Assembly: GCA_026770705.1 (NCBI GenBank)
Contig: JANJGN010000010.1
Span: 17,546,001 to 17,610,000, forward strand
Reading direction: 5' to 3'
Source: Isurus oxyrinchus
Lineage: Eukaryota
DNA length: 64,000 bases
The notes under the pieces are model-generated. The model saw only the letters and a program-made list of their open reading frames with translations, did no database searches and was not told the origin of the DNA. A program made the position numbers and the translations under genes. Positions 50,704 to 62,859 of the stretch are shown one piece after another; the stretch's first letter is position 1; the number at the start of each line of letters is the position of its first letter.

Positions 50704-50754
50704 CACTTATTTTTGTTAAGCATGGAAGCCCATTACAATGATTAAGAGCTTATT

Positions 50755-51390
50755 TGATTCATTTGTGAGATGTGGGCATCTCTGGCTAGATCAGCATTTA
50801 TTGTCCATCCCTAAGTGCCCTTGAGACGGTGCTGGCAAGCTACCTTTTTGAACCACTGCAGTCCATGTGGTGTAGGTACACCCACAGTGCTGTTAGGGAG
50901 GGAGTTCCAGGATTTTGACCCAGCAAATTGAAGGAACGGTGATATATTTCCACATCAGGATGGTGAGTGACTTGGAAGGGAGCTTGCAGGTGGTGGTGTT
51001 CCCAGGCACCTGCTGCCCTTGTCCTTCTAGATGGTAGAAGTCCCATGTTTGGAAGCTGCTGTCGAAGGAGTCTTGGTGTGCATCAGTGGTGGAGGGAGTG
51101 AATGTTAAAGGTGATGGATGGGGTGGCAATTGAGCGGGCTGCTTTGTCCTGGATGGTGTTGAGCTTCTTGAGTGTTGTTGAAGCTGCCCTCATCTAGACA
51201 AGTGGAGAGTGTCCCATCACACTACTTACTTACGCTTCGTAGATGGTGGACAGGCTTTGGGAAGTTAGGAGGTGAGTTACTCTCTGTAGGATTTCCAGCC
51301 TCTGACCTGCGCCTGAAGCCACAGTATTTATATGGCTAGCCTAGTTCAGTTTCTCATCAATAGTAACCCCCCCAGGATGCTGATAGTCTC
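50755..51390 (-). mobile_element. 3' fragment of the tRNA-headed CR1-group LINE family
   Basis: Colinear with 53730-54375 apart from an internal deletion. Confidence 0.85.
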
Positions 51391-52181
51391 TGAACCCAAT
51401 GGGAAATTCAAACGTTAAAGGTGAAATTGGTCTTTAGAGATGGTGAAAGTGAGCCTGTTTTACACATTGGCTGAACTTTTCCAGCCCCACTGCGGGCGAA
51501 GCATCAGCCCAACCAAAAGTCCATTTTGACGGAACTGGGCGATCCTAGTGGTGGGCAGGGCCAGAAAATCCCACCCACCACTGTGGAGAAGAAAATCATG
51601 CTGGGTGTTAAATGAGCTGCTGGTTCACCCTCCACAGCTTTGCGCTCCCATCTAAGGCCAATTTCAGTCCAAGTGTTCTCTTTGTGCCCAAAACTGGAGG
51701 GTGCTTTACATTTAAATAAATCTGTGGAGCTTAAATTCTGATAAGCAACAGCCAAGTCTTAAAGTTCAAAACCATTTTTGTCCCCCACAGACTAACAACC
51801 AATAACAACTAATTATAGACATGATTGTGCTTTGTCATTCAAAATTCAGATCCACACTTCAGATCAATGTAAATTCACTGGCTGGCAAGATAAATTAAAA
51901 GGGTAGGCAATAAACTTTGTTACTTTATTGCTAATATTCAGTTCGTACTAAAGCCTGCTTAGTATTGCTAACACATTAATCTCTTTTAAATACCTCATCA
52001 CAGTAGGATCTTTCCCCCATCTTAATTCAGTATTTATATATGTGAATGAATAATAAACACTAAATTTATATGTGCAATAGCAGTTCTGACAAACTTACTG
52101 TGAAGTAAAGTGAGTTCTATTTAACATGGACCTATTTCTGTGATTCAATGTTGTGCACCTGTTACTATGTTACTAAATTTA

Positions 52182-52942
52182 GGAAGGAATTCTCCCATGC
52201 CTCCATGGCAGATTTAATGGTGGGGGGGGGGGGGGGGGAGTGGGGGGAATGTGGCGGGTAGCCCGAAAATTGATTTCACACTGGTGTAAAATGACGGAGG
52301 GATCTTCTGCTCCCGGCCGCCATGGCGGGTCACAATCCCTACCATAGGCCGGCGTGAAACCTATTTGCATCCCACTAATGGGATGGAGGTGAAGGCCCGA
52401 CCAGATTCGCACCGATCAATGCCAAATCGCCCACGGAGCAAGAGGGAAATCAGGTCAGTCCAGAACATATCTGGACTGATGCAGTGTCTACATATTGGGG
52501 CTTACATGAAGGCAGCCTGGAGCTGCCCCAGGGGTTCTGGATGGAGGCTTCCAGTGACCCTGGACCCTGGAAGATGCAGCAGTATGTGGGGAGAGCATCT
52601 ATCAGGTGGATCTCCCAGTTCCAGTGTCTTCCAGGAGGTCCATCTTCCAACTTAAGACTGTTCCTGGAGGTCTATCTTCTTTCTTCAGGAGGTCCATCTT
52701 CATTCTACAATGGTGGATTAGTGGTACCTGGATGCCTTTTAAACATGGCGCCCGGATATGGTGGCAGGGCGCGAGCCATCAGCCGGCCCTGCTGTGGGAA
52801 ACGTTGGGAGATCCCCGACTGCATAATTAATCAGGAGGGGGTCACGTGATACAGTGGCATTTCCAGGTAGCCTGCACGATGAGAAACACTGCCTGCCCCC
52901 ACACCCGTGAGGGACTTAGTCCCGAATTTGAGAATCCCACCC
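52182..52942. mobile_element. Harbinger-type MITE
   Basis: TIR GGAAGGAATTCTC / GAGAATCCCACCC with exact TSD tta. Confidence 0.75.
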
Positions 52943-53726
52943 TTAGTTATTAGTTGAGGGAATGTTGCCACAGAATAAGATAAATTAGCAGAGACTTGCA
53001 AAACAACGCAAAAGCGCTTCTTTAAATTCCCATCCCATGCCATTTCATTCTTCCTGTGCTGTCCCTCTCATGCCTTATCCATCCCAGTCCTTACATCTCA
53101 CTCATACCAACCCCGTCCCATCCCACCCTCCTTCCTATAGAATCGCTATCCCCCATTCCGTTCCTCCCATGTCATCCTATCTCAGAATCCTATTACATAC
53201 GTCCCATGACGTCTTCCCCACTTCCATACATTCCCTCCTCCTATTGTTGCTCCTCTGTCAAAAGGACCACTTTATTGTTGTGGCATTCTCTATGGTTGGT
53301 CAGGTTGTCCTGTACTTAAGTAGCTGACGATTGGTTAATCAGCTATTTTAAAACTTTAATATAAAATTCAGGAACAGAGTGTACCCAGGCACTGCCCATC
53401 AAATGAGCCCACCAATAGATGCCCCCCCCCTTTAAATGAACAATTAAAAGAGTCTGGAGAGACAAAAACTGCATATTATTATAGATAACATCAATATCAG
53501 TGTTTTGGAGTGTATGACAAAAGTATTACTATTCTGGATACTTCTGATCTTTTCAAATAAATGAATAAATCAAATATTAGAAAATAGCTAACACATTCAT
53601 TAAAGCTAATTGGAATTTTTCAGTTAAAAATTAATTAATTAATTTAGCAGCAGTAGTATGAAACCAGTATCATTAGGTACTAGATGTTACAATGTTAATC
53701 TTTTAATCACAGATGTCACCATTATA

Positions 53727-56700
53727 ATTTTTTTGTTCATTTTTGGACCTAAGCATCGCTGGCAAGGCCAGTATTTATCATTCATCCTTAACTGCTCTTG
53801 AGACGGTGAGTCAACTTCTTGAATGGCAGCAGTCCATGTATTGTTAGTACACACACTGTGCTGTTAGGGAGGGGGTTGAAGGATTTCGACCCAGAGACAG
53901 TGAAGGAATGGCGATATATTTCCAAGTCAGGATGGTGTGTGGCTTGGAGGGGAACTTCCAGGTGGTGGTGTTCCCATGTGTCTGCTGCCCTTGTCCTTCT
54001 AGATGGTAGTGGTCATGGGTTTTGGAAGGTACTGCCAAAGGAGCCTTGGTGAGTTCCTGCAGTGCATCTTACAGATGGTATACACTGCTGCCACTGTATG
54101 TCGGTGATAGAGGGAGTGAATGTTTGTGGATGGGCTGCCAATGAAGCCAGCTGCTTTGTCTTGGCCAGTGTTATTGGAGCTGCACTCATCCAAGTGGAGA
54201 GTATTCCATCACACTCCTGACTTGTGCCTGTAGATGGTGACAGGCTTTGGGGAATCAGGAGGTGAGTTAGTCTTCACAGGATTCCTAGCCTCTGACCTGC
54301 TCTTGTAGCTACAGTATTTATATGGCTAGTCCAGTTCAGTTTCTGGTCAATGGTAACCCCCAGGATGTTGATAGTTGGGGATTCAGCAAAGGTAATGCCA
54401 TTGAATGTCAAGGGGCAATGGTTAGATTCTCTCTTGTTGGAGATGATCATTGCCTGGCATTTGTGTGGTGCAAATGTTACTTGCCACTTGTCAGCCCAAA
54501 CTTGGACACTGTCCAGGTCTTGCTGCATTTGGACATGGACTGCTTCAGTATCTGAAGAGTCGTGAATTGTGCTGAACATTGATGATTGCACAATGAACAT
54601 CCCCACTTCTGACCTTTTGATGGAAGGTAGGTCACTGATGAAGCAGTTGAAGATGGTTGGGTCTAGGACACTACCCTGAGGAACTGAGACAATGAACTAG
54701 CAGCAACTACAACCATCTTCCTATGTTTTAGATATAACTCCAACCAGTATTGAGTTTTCCCCCTGATTCCCAGTGATTTCAACTTTATAAGGGCTCCTTG
54801 ATGCTACACTTGGTCAAATGCTGCCTTGACGTCAAGGGCAGTCACTCTCACCACACCTCTGAAGATCAGCTCTTTTGTCCATGTTTGAACCAAAGCTGTA
54901 ATGAGATCAGGAGCTAAGTGACCCTGGCAGAGACCAAATTGAGCATCAGTGAGCAGGTTAGGCAAGTGCCGTTTGATAGCACTGTAGTTGACCCTTTTCA
55001 TCAATTTACTGATGATCGAGAGTAGGCTGATGGGGCAGTAATTGGCCAGGTTGGATTTGTCCTGCTTTATTTTTGTGTACAGGGCATTCCTGGGCAAATT
55101 ATCACATAACTGGGTAGATGCCAGTGTTGGAACAGCTTGGCTAGGGGCACAGTAAGTTCTGGGGCACAAGTCTTCAGTACTATTGCCAGAATATTGTCGG
55201 GGCTCATACCCTTTGCAGTATCCAGTGGCTTCAGCCATTTCTTGAAATCAGTTGGAGTGAATTGAATTGGCTGAAGACTGGCATCTATCTTGCTGGAGGT
55301 CTCCGGAGAAGGCCGAGATGGATCATCCACTCGGCACTTGTGGCTGAAGATGCCTGCAAATGTTTCAGAATTAATCTTTTGCACCGATGTGCTGGGCTCT
55401 CTCATCATTGAGGATTGAGATATTTTTGCAGCCTCCTCTTCTAGTGAGTTGTTTAATTGTCCACCACCATTCACGACTGGATGTAGCAGGACTGCAGAGC
55501 TTAGATCTGATCATTGGCTGTGGAATGCTTAGCTCTGTCTATCGCATGCTGCTAATGCTGTTCGGCATGCAAGTAGTCCTGAGTTGTAACTTCACTAGAT
55601 TGACACCTCATTTATAGGTATGCCTGGTGCTGATCCTGCCATGCCCTCCTGCACTCTTCATTGAACCAGAATTGATCCCCTGGCTTGGTAGCGGTAATGG
55701 TTGACTGGGGATATACCGGGCCCTGAGGCCGCTGATTGTGGTTGAGTACAATTCTGCTGCTGCTGACGGCCCCCAGCACCTCATGTCCAGTCTTGAGTTG
55801 CTAGATCTGTTCAAAATCTATCCAATTTAGCATGGTGGTACTGCCACACAACACGATGGAGGATTCCCCCAGTGTGAACGTGGGACTTTGTCTCCACAAA
55901 AATTGTGTGGTGGTCACTCTTACCGATACTGTCATGAGCAGGCAGGTTGGTGAGGATGAGGTCAAGTATGTTTTTCCCTCTTGTTGGTTCCCTCACCAAC
56001 AGCGCAGACCCAGTCTAGCAGCTAAGTCCTTTAGGACTCAACTAGCAGTGGTTCAACTGAGCCATTCCCCACCCAGAGTACATTTGTGCCCTTGCCACCC
56101 TCAGTGTTTCCTACAAATGGTGTTCAACATCGAGGAGTACTGTTCCATTAGCTGAGGGAGAGCAGTATGTGGTAATCAGCTGGAGGTTTCCTTGCCCATG
56201 GTTGACCTGATGCCATGAGATTCATGGGGTCCAATGTTGCTGTTGAGGACTCCCAGGGAAACTCTCTCCCAACTTTATATCACTGCGCTGCCGCCTCTAC
56301 TGGGTCTGCCCTGCAGGTGGGACAGGACATTCCCAGGGAAGAAGATGGTGGTGGGGGACATTATCTGTAAGTTCTGATTCTGTGAGTATGACTGTGTCCG
56401 ACTGTTGCTTGACTAATCTGTGGGATGGCTCTCCAAATTTTGGCACAAGCCCCAAGAAGTTAAATGTTAGTAAGGAGCACTTTGCAGGGTCGACAGGGCT
56501 GAGTTTGCTGTTGTCGTTTCCAGTGCCTAAGTCAATGCCGGGTGGTCCGTCCGGTTTCATTCCTTATAGGCTTTCTAGTGGTTTGATACAACTGAGTGGC
56601 TTTCCAAGGCCATTTCAGAGGGCATTTAAGAGTCAACCCCATTGCTGTGGGTCACATGTAGGCCAGACTAAGTAAGGATGGCTGATTTCCTTCCCTAAAG

Positions 56701-56887
56701 GACACTAGTGAATCACATGCATTTTTATGATAATTGACAATGGTTTCATGGTCATTTGACTTTCAATTCCAAGTTCCCATTGATTGAATTCAAATTCCAG
56801 AGGGATTTGAACCCAGGTCCTCAGAACTCTGCCTGGGCCACTGGATTACTAGTCCAATGACAATACCACTACACCACCACCTCCCCC
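53727..56887 (-). mobile_element. Near full-length single-ORF (APE endonuclease + RT) CR1-group LINE with a tRNA-like 5' head, pseudogenised
   Basis: GLVPKFGEPSHRLVKQQSDTVILTES (APE), PTRGKNILDLILTN..GKSDHHTI, NYCPISLLSIISKLM, ALDVKAAFDQV, MQQDLDSVQVWADKWQVTFAPHKCQ, ILGVTIDQKLNW. A box 56876-56866, B box 56813-56803. No room for ORF1. Confidence 0.88.
56803..56876 (-). promoter_or_regulatory. Type 2 RNA polymerase III internal promoter (A and B boxes)
   Basis: Minus strand TGGTGTAGTGG ... GGTTCAAATCC, tRNA-like spacing. Confidence 0.7.
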
Positions 56888-57945
56888 AAGTTAAAACAAG
56901 CACTATCACTGAAGAGGAAATACCAGGCAAACTAATGGCACTGTAAGCTGACAAGGCTCCTGGACCTGATGGCCTGCATCCTAGAGTCTTAAAAGAAGTA
57001 CTTGCAGAAATAATTGATACAGGAATTCACCAAGGCTCCTTTGACAGCACCATTCAAACCCACGATCACTACCACCGAAAGACAAGAGCACTAGATAGAT
57101 GGGGAACATCACCGCCTGGGATTTCCCCTTCAAGTCACTCACCATCCTGACTTGGAAATATATTACCGTTCCCTTCACTGTCATTGGGTCAAGATCCTGG
57201 AACTCCCTTCCTAACAGCACTGTGGGTCTACCTACACCACATGGGCTGTAGCGGATCCATGTGTCCTAGTGCATGGAGAAAAGGTTTGCATGGAGATACA
57301 GCTAGTAATTGGGAAAGTTAATAGACTGTCATCGTTTATTGTGAGGAGAATTGAATATAAAAGTAAGGAGGTTATGCTTGAGTTGTACAGGTGAGATCAC
57401 ATCTAGAGTACTGTGCTTGGCATTGGTCTCCTTATTTAAGGAAGGATGTATACGCGTTAGAAGCAGTTCAGAGAAGGTTTCTCGACTAATACCAGGAATG
57501 GGAGGCTTGTCTTTTTAGGAAAGGCTGGACAGGCTGGGCTTGTAACCACTGGGGCTTAGAAGAGTAAGAGGTGACTTGATTGAAAACTTTAAGATCCTGA
57601 GGAATCTTGACAGCATGGATATAGAAAAGACGTTTCCTCTTGTGGGAGAATCTAGAACTAGGGGTCACTGTTTAAACATAATGGTTTGCCCATTTAAGAC
57701 AGAGATGAGGAGAAATTTTTTCTGAGGGTTATGGCTCTTGCAACTCTCATTCTTAAAAGGCAGTGGAGGCAGAGTCTTTGAATATTTTTAAGGCAGACGT
57801 AGATAGATTCTTAATAAATAAGGGGGTGAAAGTTTATGGGGGGTAGGTGGGAGGTTACAAACAGATCAGTCATGATCTTATTGATTGGCTGAGGAAGTTT
57901 GAAGGGACAATGGTCCTACTCATGCTCCTAGTTTCTATGTTTGTA
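56888..57945 (+). mobile_element. CR1 LINE fragments with a nested piece of the tRNA-headed LINE (57028-57255)
   Basis: gacaaggctcctggacctgatggcctgcatcctagagtc (KAPGPDGLHPRV), gaagcagttcagagaaggttt, 3' end gatcagtcatgatcttattg. Confidence 0.8.
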
Positions 57946-58099
57946 TGCTGGTAGTTTGTGGAAGCAGTCTCACAGCATGGATCCTATGATGATAACCCTC
58001 AGGCTTTTGTCAACAAATATCTATTTAAATTGTGAGCACCAAGTTTTTTCAACTGAGAGTCACAGCAAGCTGTTATGTTTACAAAATTTAAAAAACAAG

Positions 58100-58524
58100 T
58101 GATTCTGACCCAGCGACAGTGAAAGAACGGTGATATATTTCCGAGTCAGGATGATGAGTGATTTGGAGGGGAACATCCAGGTGGTGGTGTTCCCATGTAT
58201 CGACTGCCCTTGTCCTTCTAGATGGTAGCGGTCATGGGTTTGGAAGGTGCTGCCTAAGGAGCCTTGTAGTGCATCTTGTAGATGGTACTCACTGCTGCCA
58301 CTGTTCATCGGTGGTTTGTGGATGTGGTGCCAATCAAGTGGGCTGTTTTCTCCTGGATGGTGTCAAGTTTCTTGGGTGTTGGAGCCACACTCATCCAGGC
58401 AAGTGGAGAGTATTTCATCCCGCTCCTGACTTGTGTCCTGCAGATGGTGGACAGGTTTTGGAGAGTCAGGAGGTGAGTTACTTGCCGCAGGGTTCCTAGC
58501 CTCTGATCTGCTCTTGTAGCCAAA
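58100..58524 (-). mobile_element. Fragment of the tRNA-headed LINE family; resumes at 59769-59797 after a Harbinger insertion
   Basis: ATRADQRLGTLRQVTHLLTLQNLSTICRTQVRSGMKYSPLAW; gctcttgtagcc...agtattcatatggctggtccagttc is split by 58525-59768. Confidence 0.8.
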
Positions 58525-59768
58525 GGGTGGAATGTTCCGTGCCCACGTGTTCAGTGGTGTGAGTGGGCAATATGGCAAGATGTCATGAAACCAGTTTGCA
58601 ATCATCTGTTCAGCCCGTCAATGGTGGGCCGCGTTTCCCACACATTATGTAATAAATCTGCATATCATTATAAGGCCAGCTCGCCAGACTCATCTCCCCA
58701 TGCTGAATTGTCCACCCATGCCAGCATGATTGCATGGCGACATATTTCACAGCTGCACATAAGTGCCGTGTACCTGGCGAGCTGCACTTTGAAGTTTGTT
58801 TGCCTATCTTGCTTAGGGCAGCACTTGCAGTCATCAGTACCAGGTTTCACAGACAGCACCACATCACTTTTAGGGGGGCACGTGGGCAGGTCTCTACCTA
58901 CCAGACCAGCCGTAAGACAGGGATGGCTTTGTACAGCTGCAAAGGCTTGCTTGAGGAAGGGGGTGAAGTGGCCCCAGGCAAGGGAAGAGGCTGCAGAGTG
59001 AGGGCTGAACTGGGGAAGTGGGGTATCCCAGGGTTTGTATGGGGGCACAAGTTGCTCTGTGCAAGTGGCGTCAAGATGGTGAGGGCTGAGGAGGCTGTCT
59101 CCAGAGGAGATGAGGCCAGATGGAGATGTGAGGGTATGTGTGAAAGAGTGAGTGGTGATGTCCCTTGAACTGGCAGTGGGTGAGATGCCAATGAATGTGT
59201 GATCGGCTTGACTGTGTCAGTTTAGAGTGATGAGATGGCTGCCATACCCTGGTGGCATGGATTAGGTCGTTCATCCTCTATCTGCACTAGATGGCCAACC
59301 TCTTCTGTGCAGCATTGGCGCTGATCACTACTGCCATCACCTACAAAGCTGGAGTGGTAATGATGCTGACCCTTGTGCAGCCAGAGCGTGGGTAGGGGAC
59401 AGCACGGCGGGCCTCCACAGCATCCAAAAGGCACGCGAGGGACGCATCACTAAACCTGGGGGCTGCAGTCTTCTTGTCTTTCGGGGCCATGTCTTCTTTG
59501 CAGCAGCCCTGGGCTGGAAGCACTGAGAAGTGTGCACACAGCTGTACTTTCAATGTGGCGATGGCATGATGAGGTGGCAAGGTGACGGCGTTGCGGGTGA
59601 ATCGGAGGCTGCCTGCCATCAAAGGAAACATGTTTCCTGGGAATACATAATTAATGCGGCGGGTTTGGGGCGTAACAGCGTGAAAAGTCGCCATTGCGGC
59701 CGGCGAGTGAAATGTTCCTTTTACCCGCCCACTACTGCACTTAGTGCAAATCTGGGATGTTTCATCCT
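58525..59768 (-). mobile_element. Second copy of the Myb-exon-1-only non-autonomous Harbinger element
   Basis: Reverse-complement homolog of 42479-43755; 59490-59248 reads MAPKDKKTAAPRFSDASLACLLDAVEARRAVPYP...MNDLIHATR then gtatgg. Confidence 0.85.
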
Positions 59769-59797
59769 GCAGTATTCATATGGCTGGTCCAGTTCAC

Positions 59798-60925
59798 TTG
59801 TAATTTTACGGAGATCCCCCCTCCCTTCCAATTCCTGATTTACAGCTATTTCGGGGATGTTTCTTGTATCCTCTTTAGCGAAGACCGGTGCAAAATACCT
59901 GTTCAATTCATCTGCCATCTCCATAATTTCAATTATTAATTCCCCAGGCTTTCTATAGGACCAACACTCACTTTGTTAACTCTTCTTACTTAAATATCTA
60001 TAGACACACTTCCTATCCATCTTTATATTTCTAGCTTGCTTTCTCCTGTATTCTAATTTTTTCCCTCTTTATTAATCTTGTCATTCTTTGCAGTTGTTTA
60101 ATATTGTGTCCAATGTTTTGACTTGCCACCCATCTTTGTGCGATTCTATGCTTTTTCTTTAAGTCTGATACTGTCTTTAAATTTTTTAATTAACCAAAAA
60201 TGGTGGGTCCGCTCCTTGGAATTTTTCTTTCTCGTTGGAACGTAACCCATTCTGTGTATTCTGAAACATCTCTTTAAATATCTGCCTCTGAATCTCTATT
60301 GACCTATCCCTTAACCTCATTTGCCAATTCACTTTAGCTGGCTCTAGTTTTCATGCCCTCATAATTGCCCCTATTTAAGTTTAAAATACTGGTCTTGGAC
60401 TCACTCTTCTCTCCCTCAAACTGAATGTAAAATTAAATCATATTATGATCGCTGCTACCTAGGGGTGACTTCACTACCAGGTTATCAATTAATCCTATAC
60501 CATTGTACAATACCAGGTCTGGTATAGCCAACTTTCTGGTTGGCTCCAGAATGTGCTGTACTGAGAAATAACCACGAAAACATTCTATGAACTCGTCTTC
60601 AAGGCTACCTTTGCCCATTTGATTTCTCCAGTCTGTATGTAGATTAAAATCCCCCATGATTATCACCATACCTTTCTGCCAAACTCCTATTATCCCTTCC
60701 TTTATACTTTATCCTACCATGTGGTTGCAATTAGGGGGTTATATGCCACTCCCACAAGTGACTTCTTGCCTTTATTATTTCTCATCTCAACCCAAACTGC
60801 TTCTACATCCTGCTTTCCTGTACTTAGGTCATCCCTCTCTAACGTACTAATAACATAATTAATTAACAGAGCCAACCCTCCACCTTTTCCTAGCTTCCTG
60901 TCCTTCCTAAATATCACATACCCAT
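59798..60925 (-). mobile_element. CR1 LINE ORF2 endonuclease region
   Basis: IFRKDRKLGKGGGLALLI, VVIIMGDFN, PLGSSDHNMI, MADELNRYFAPVF. Confidence 0.88.
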
Positions 60926-61905
60926 CAAATGGAGAAAGATTAAAGAATGCTGCAGTACAGCATTGCCCTTATCCATGAAACAGAAATAGTTATCGTGCAG
61001 GTACATCAAATAATCAGTAAAGTGATTGAAGATATCATCAACAGTACTATCAAGCGGCAGTTGTTCAGCAATAACCTGCTTACTGATGCTCAGTTTGGGT
61101 TCCGCCGGGTCATTCAGCTTCTGACCTCATTACAGCCTTGGCTCAAATGCTTCAGCCAGCATTCATTGCCCATCCCTAATTGTCTTTGGCAGTGGTGTGG
61201 GCAATTGGGGATGGGCAATAAATGCTGGCCCAGCCGTGAAGCCCACATCCCATAAATGAATAATAAAAACATGCCAAGTGGACTTCTGGCCTTTACTGCA
61301 AGTGGAAATATAAAAGTAGGGAAGTCTTGTTACTTCTTTACACAGTTTTGGTGAGACCACATTTAGAGTATTGTGTGTAATTCTGGTCTCCTTAGTTAAG
61401 GAAGGACGTACTTCCATTAGAAGGAGTTCAGAGAAGGTTCACTAGGGCTGATTCCTGGGATGAAAGGGTTGTCTTAAGAGGAAAGGTTGAGCAGGTTGGG
61501 CTGATACTCAGAGGGTAAAAGGATGACAGGTGGTCTTGTTGAAAGGTTCTGAGGGGACGAGACATGATAGATGAGGATGTTCCCCCTCATTGGGGAATCT
61601 AGAACTAGAGGGCATAGTTTCAGAATAAGGGCTCTCCCATTTAAGATGGAGATGAGGAGGAATTTCTCCTCTCAGATGTTCGTGAATCTTTAGTATTCTC
61701 TGTCCATGAGCAGTGGAGGCGAAATCATTAAATATATTCAAGGCTGAGTTAGACAGATTTCTGAACTATGAGGGTTATGGGGAACAGACAGGAAAGTAGA
61801 GTTGAAGTCAAGACCAGGTCAGCATGATACTATTGAATAGCAGAACAGGCTTGAGAGGCACAATGGCCTAGCCTACTCCTGCTCCTATTTCTTCTGTTCT
61901 TATGT
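60926..61905 (+). mobile_element. CR1 3' fragment containing a rearranged insert of the tRNA-headed LINE family (61010-61270)
   Basis: ggtgagaccacatttagagtattgtg, gaaggagttcagagaaggttcactagg, tail actcctgctcctatttcttctgttcttatg. Confidence 0.8.
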
Positions 61906-62339
61906 TTCTTGAAGTTGCTAATGTAAGTCAAATATTTGTTGCAAGTCCATCATGTCGTTACGGAAGCATTCCATCATAATACATATGCAGATTATGGATG
62001 TGACTACCACAATACACTTCCTCTAAAGAAATTTGTCTGCAGATACTCCAGAATCTGTAACAAGGTTTGTGATCTGCAACCAGTTGTGGCTGGGAAGTCT
62101 CTTCTAACAGTGGCACAGATGCAAGTAGCGTTTGCAAAAGAAACAGAAACTGCAAATGCATACAACATGTTGCAAACCTTTTGAGAATAGCTTTGCCTGC
62201 GTTTTCATCACTATTAACTGTAAATCACTGCTGGTTATAATCATCACAGAAACAGCTTTCAAATCCAGAAAATGAATTGGAACTGATAATATCCATTTTT
62301 ATTCAGTAATTCTAATCTTCAACTATGTACCAGTTTTAC

Positions 62340-62733
62340 ACATTTTACAAACGTAACACATACATTTGTCACATGAGCAGGGACATGTCAGAAATTAGTT
62401 TGAAAAACTTTTTTTTAAAATCACTGATCAAAACCTCATCCCGCTTGTGGATGAGGTTTTGCAAAAAATGCAAAGGCCGCCTGGCCAATTCGCCTGCCCG
62501 CCAACCGTAAGGTCGGCAGGGCAGCGAAAAATTTCTTTTAATGATGACTTTAATGGCCTTAATAGGCCACTTAATTGTCAATGGGCGCGCTGCCGACTCC
62601 TGAGCGTGCGCGCCAACAGAAATATCGCACCAGTGTGTGATGATGTCAGGTCACTTGCCCGATGTCATCGCGCGTCATCTTACGCTCGTTTGGGTCAGGC
62701 ACACACCCGCCCGACGAGCGAAATATTCTGCCC
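62340..62733. mobile_element. Partial Harbinger-type MITE (41009-41637 family, inverted)
   Basis: Reverse complement of 41009-41370; ends aatattctgccc. Confidence 0.7.
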
Positions 62734-62859
62734 CATGAGAAATTATGTACTAATAAAAGGACAGACAAAGAACAAATGTAGCAGTTCAAAACTGGGCATC
62801 GATGAGACACTTTGGACCACCGTTAGCAGGAGAATTATATTCCACCACAATTTGTAACC

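Noticed and set aside
56297-56560. ATG at 56560 as the true LINE start codon
   Set aside because: An alternative frame just upstream reads KVLLTNI, a better APE motif I, so the in-frame ATG may result from a small indel near 56460 in this copy; needs a consensus.
61920-62320. Possible coding exon in unique sequence (ORFs 61936..62184 + and 61958..62161 -)
   Set aside because: No recognisable homology and no convincing splice-site pair.
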